Below, piece by piece: positions 57,523 to 64,000 of a DNA stretch of 64,000 bases. The stretch covers positions 5,955-69,954 of the forward strand of contig CAJFSR010000014.1 of the NCBI GenBank assembly GCA_904419735.1, read 5' to 3'. The notes below the pieces were generated by a model that saw nothing but the letters and a program-made list of their open reading frames with translations, made no database searches and was not told where the DNA came from. Position 1 is the first letter of the stretch; each line of letters begins with the position of its first letter. Source of the DNA: Candidatus Neochristensenella gallicola (lineage in GTDB: Bacteria > Bacillota > Clostridia > Christensenellales > QALW01). Position numbers and translations under genes: made by a program.

Positions 57523-58446
57523 CTATATCAGCTTTGTGATCCCTTCTATCGGGCCGTCAATGTCCGTTCCGCTTTTCCGGCTTATCTCTGAAAGCGTAAC
57601 CCTGCCCATCATGACTTTGCCGAGCGGAGAATTTAAGAGACTGAACTTCGGATTGATCTCAGCCGGATAGGGCTTTAAGCCGGGGTATGCCGGCAAAACG
57701 TCCTTTCGTTTTGTATAACGGTTCAATTCCGTCATATGCGCCTCGCACTACTTTGATATCGGAGTTTTTCTCGCCGAACTTTTCCCTCGGTCCGTTGCAT
57801 ATCTCTCTGCGAGAAGTTTTTTCTTCTCCGCCTGCTTTATAAATGTATATGCTGCGAAGAACGTGGACGGAGCAATCTCAGAACTGAAATATCCAATGCC
57901 CTGATTCCACACAAGCAGCTCAGAAACATCGTCCGGCGCAGCGCTGTCCGGATCGTGGATGTAAGTTTTGAGCAATTCCCGCATCGCCTGCCGCATGCGT
58001 CCCGCGCCTACTGTATTTGCAAGGGAAAGAAGCAGTCCCGTTTTATAAAGGAGATAGCGTTTTTATCGTTACAGGTTAGATCCCCAAAAGTCACGACGAT
58101 ATCCGCAAGGTCTTTGCCGATGAACGGGAAGCTGGTAAGAGCCGCCGGCCTAATGACGGTATCTCCCGCGTCCTTTTTTTCTTCTATACGATAAAAGTAT
58201 ACATGGATACCCGCCTGTGGCGACCTGATCCGTGAAACGCTCATAGCCAAGCTGTTCCATCACTTCGTAAAGAGGGATGGGTTCAAAGCTTTGAATGATA
58301 TGTAACCCCTTGTGAACAGGCATCTGCTCCGCCCGCTTCTTTAATCCGGGGAAGAAACTGCCCGAAATTCCTCTTACGTCTGCAACCTGAAACTCGCTTG
58401 TTTTGTCTCTCCAGTTTTCAAAACTCATTTTCAGCGGTCTTGTCAA
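57523..58446 (-). pseudogene. fragmented gene (four pieces in different frames); N-terminal part is DUF2249/TusA-like
   Basis: ORFs 58150-58446, 58008-58250, 57748-57996 and 57523-57735 follow each other on one strand with frame changes. The first piece carries VADVRG...HIIQSFEPIPLYEVMEQLGYE. Confidence 0.45.
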
Positions 58447-59177
58447 TCAATGATTTTACCGTCTGTAGATATCGTAACCACCTGCCAGGGAATAAATTTA
58501 CCGCTCGCCTGCAATGCCTTTTGCGCTGCATTCTGGATCCCGCCGCAGCAGGGAACCTCCATCCGGAGAATGGTTACAGACTGAATATTGTTGTTTTGAA
58601 TGATTTGCTTCAGCTTTTCCGTGTAATCCACAGCATCCAGCTTCGGGCAGCCTATCAGCGTCACTTTTCCTTTCATAAATTCTTCGTGAAAATTGCCATA
58701 AGCGTAAGCGGTGCAATCGGCTGCGATCAGGAGCTTTGCTCCGTCAAAAAACGGCGCATTAACCGGCACAAGCTTGATTTGGACCGGCCATTGCTGAAGG
58801 CGGGAAACCGCCTTTGCCGGTGCAGACGGAAGATTATCCTGGGCCTCTGCCCTTATTGCGGCTACCCTTGAGCCGGGACAGCCTCCGCTGTGGTGGGAAT
58901 GATCTGTATGTTCCATTGCCGTTTCTCCTTTCTTTAGCTGGCTTTCTTTTACGGCTGCTTCATCATATGCTTCGGCTTCGCGCTCTTCAAAAGAAATTGC
59001 TCCAGCCGGGCAGCTCGGAAGACAATCTCCAAGACCGTCGCAGAAGTGTTCCCTTACAAGCTTTGCCTTTCCGTCCACAATATCTATTGCGCCTTCGTGA
59101 CAGGCCGTGGCGCACAGTCCGCAGCCGTTGCATTTCTTTTCATCAATTCTAATGATTTTTCTAAGCTCTCTGGCCAT
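58443..59177 (-). CDS. 4Fe-4S dicluster domain protein
   Basis: ATG at 59177 with AGGAGG 9 nt upstream. Shows CNGCGLCATAC and CDGLGDCLPSCP ferredoxin motifs plus a C-terminal Cys-rich domain (VPCCGG). Confidence 0.75.
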   Translation of the reverse strand: MARELRKIIRIDEKKCNGCGLCATACHEGAIDIVDGKAKLVREHFCDGLGDCLPSCPAGAISFEEREAEAYDEAAVKESQLKKGETAMEHTDHSHHSGGCPGSRVAAIRAEAQDNLPSAPAKAVSRLQQWPVQIKLVPVNAPFFDGAKLLIAADCTAYAYGNFHEEFMKGKVTLIGCPKLDAVDYTEKLKQIIQNNNIQSVTILRMEVPCCGGIQNAAQKALQASGKFIPWQVVTISTDGKIID

Positions 59178-59233
59178 ATTCAAATTCCTCCTTGCTTTTC
59201 TAGGCTGATTATAGTATCATTTGCAGAGAAAGT

Positions 59234-59251
59234 ATGTGGTTTTAACCACAT
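59234..59251. promoter_or_regulatory. Crp/Fnr-type palindromic box
   Basis: ATGTGGTT-TT-AACCACAT, with 8-bp perfect arms of the TGTGN-N6-NCACA class. Lies in the divergent intergenic region between the 4Fe-4S gene and the Crp-family regulator. Confidence 0.5.
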
Positions 59252-59263
59252 TTCTCAAGAGGA

Positions 59264-59929
59264 GTGATTTTTTTGAACTATGAGGCGCTTCAAAACAACC
59301 GGCTTTTCCTGGATATGAATGCGCTTGAAATTAATACCGCATTATATGTCCTTAATGCTAGATATCAGACATTTGAAAAGGGGGAAATAATTCTTCATGC
59401 CGGAGGTCAGACAGATTGTGTGTGTCTCGTAATCTCCGGCAGTGTTACCATAGAAAACAATGATATGTGGGGCAACCGTACTATACTGAATATCGTGGAT
59501 TCTGATGATTTTTTTGCCGAGACGTATGCCATTTTAAAGGATGAGATAATGATGGTTGACGCAGTGGCTAATGAGCAGTGCGCCATTATGTTTCTGCGGA
59601 TAGGCGGCTTATTCGGAAGCGGCTTTGAAGGGCAGCCTTGGTCGAATAAATTAGTCCGGAACCTTCTAATGATTTCTGCAAACAAAAACCTTATATTGTC
59701 CGGGCGTTCCTTTCATATTTCGCCCAAAACAGCACGGGGCAGAATTATGGCTTATCTTAACTCTGTTTCGCTGAAAAAGCATAGCAAAGTTTTTGATATT
59801 CCTTTTGACCGCCAGCAAATGGCCGACTACTTAAATCTCGAAAGGACGGCTCTATCAAAGGAACTCAGCCGAATGAAGCGGGAAAAGATTATTGACTTCA
59901 AGAAAAATCACTTTGAAATCCTCCCTTAG
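59264..59929 (+). CDS. Crp/Fnr family transcriptional regulator
   Basis: A cNMP-binding-like beta-barrel plus a C-terminal HTH (RQQMADYLNLERTALSKELSRMKREKII). The true start may be TTG at 59273, 9 nt after GGAG. Confidence 0.85.
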   Translation: MIFLNYEALQNNRLFLDMNALEINTALYVLNARYQTFEKGEIILHAGGQTDCVCLVISGSVTIENNDMWGNRTILNIVDSDDFFAETYAILKDEIMMVDAVANEQCAIMFLRIGGLFGSGFEGQPWSNKLVRNLLMISANKNLILSGRSFHISPKTARGRIMAYLNSVSLKKHSKVFDIPFDRQQMADYLNLERTALSKELSRMKREKIIDFKKNHFEILP

Positions 59930-60154
59930 CAGAATGCTTAGGCGATGTCGAATGGAGGGGATGGAATCCTGGCATATCGTTGGATGGATATTGCTTTGGA
60001 ATTTTAGTTTTTTCAGTAGGTTTTCCTGTGTTGCAAAAAGACCATAAGCTTATTTTGGGAGATCTTAATTGCTTTAAATAAGCTGCATGGTAAAGAAGTG
60101 ATTTTGCATGCGGATTTTTTGGGCAGCTGCGCGGTCTACAGCGATAAAATGGTG

Positions 60155-60312
60155 ATTTTTATTTTCAGTGAGGCCGGCTTAAGGGCCGCTCCCCGCGGCG
60201 TTGGGCAGGGCTGGAAGCCCTGCCCTGGCCGGGCAACAGCCCGGCTGCGCGGCCGAAGGCCGCGAACGCCGCGGGGAGCGGCCCTTAAGCCGGTCTCCCT
60301 GAAAATAAAAAT
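60155..60312 (-). repeat. GC-rich cloverleaf palindrome, copy C4 (core inverted, longest outer stem)
   Basis: The outer stem ATTTTTATTTTCAGTGAGGCCGGCTTAAGGGCCGCTCCCCGCGGCGTT / AACGCCGCGGGGAGCGGCCCTTAAGCCGGTCTCCCTGAAAATAAAAAT closes three hairpins: GGGCAGGGC-TGGAA-GCCCTGCCC, GCCGGGC-AACA-GCCCGGC and CGCGGCC-GAA-GGCCGCG. Confidence 0.85.
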
Positions 60313-60460
60313 ATACAGAGGCTCCCTTTGGCCCTGTTTGTTTTTATTGGGCCGCCGCAAGCGTGCAGCAGCAAAAATACAGGCTTTTATGAACGCTCTT
60401 TTGCAAGAAATCTGCCTCATGCACGGCGTTTTTTCAGATGTCTTAAGCGCCGTTTAGTTC

Positions 60461-60489
60461 CTTGACATTAATCGATGTTCAGGCTATAA
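60461..60489 (+). promoter_or_regulatory. consensus sigma-70 type promoter of the PFOR gene
   Basis: TTGACA (60461-60466), a 17-nt spacer, then TATAAT (60484-60489), 112 nt upstream of the ATG. Confidence 0.65.
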
Positions 60490-60585
60490 TTGTAACAATG
60501 CGGATAATTCCGCCGCATACAGCAGTTTAACTTCCTCCCGGATGTTTTTTAAGGGCGGTTGTTTGACAAAATATTATATTTTTAA

Positions 60586-64000
<3,415 letters not shown>

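Overview
Chromosomal window of roughly 50% GC (by eye) from an anaerobic, probably endospore-forming Firmicute. The Clostridia-like gene content includes ylbJ, rex-adhE, PFOR and a membrane pyrophosphatase. No rRNA, tRNA, CRISPR array or transposase gene was found. Layout: 1-7.5 kb is a housekeeping block (alr, 5-formyl-THF cyclo-ligase, rsmD, coaD, ylbJ, dnaX-ybaB-recR). 8-18 kb holds metal and stress genes: a CNNM/CorC transporter, copA with a fused copZ-like domain, a short UvrA paralogue and a CIRCE-controlled hsp20. 18-20 kb is a decayed zone. 20-43 kb carries accessory redox and detoxification clusters under LysR/MarR regulators. These are rich in lipoprotein hydrolases, flavodoxin-like lipoproteins, aldo/keto reductases, a Fe-ADH, and DUF362/DUF4405/FGE-like proteins. 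44-64 kb holds a GGGtGRT/IscU-like pair, hppA, rex-adhE, an APH-family kinase, a GH2 glycosidase, a Crp/4Fe-4S locus and the first 3.4 kb of PFOR. PFOR is missing from the ORF track because it runs off the window. The most unusual content is non-coding. (1) Nine copies of a TA-flanked, 250-330 bp, strongly structured terminal-inverted-repeat element form two related families and behave as MITEs. Two copies sit inside genes, and removing them in silico restores the reading frames. (2) Four copies of a 130-160 nt GC-rich cloverleaf palindrome lie 3' of genes, and their stems covary between copies. (3) A leader consisting of an SD-ATG mini-ORF running into an intrinsic terminator is duplicated inside a MarR-ABC operon. 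Several genes are decayed: a MATE pump with three lesions, two ABC exporters, an FGE-like gene, an LPXTG remnant and a DUF2249-like gene. All calls come from reading the sequence and ORF translations. No database search was possible, and ends of non-coding elements are accurate to a few nt only.
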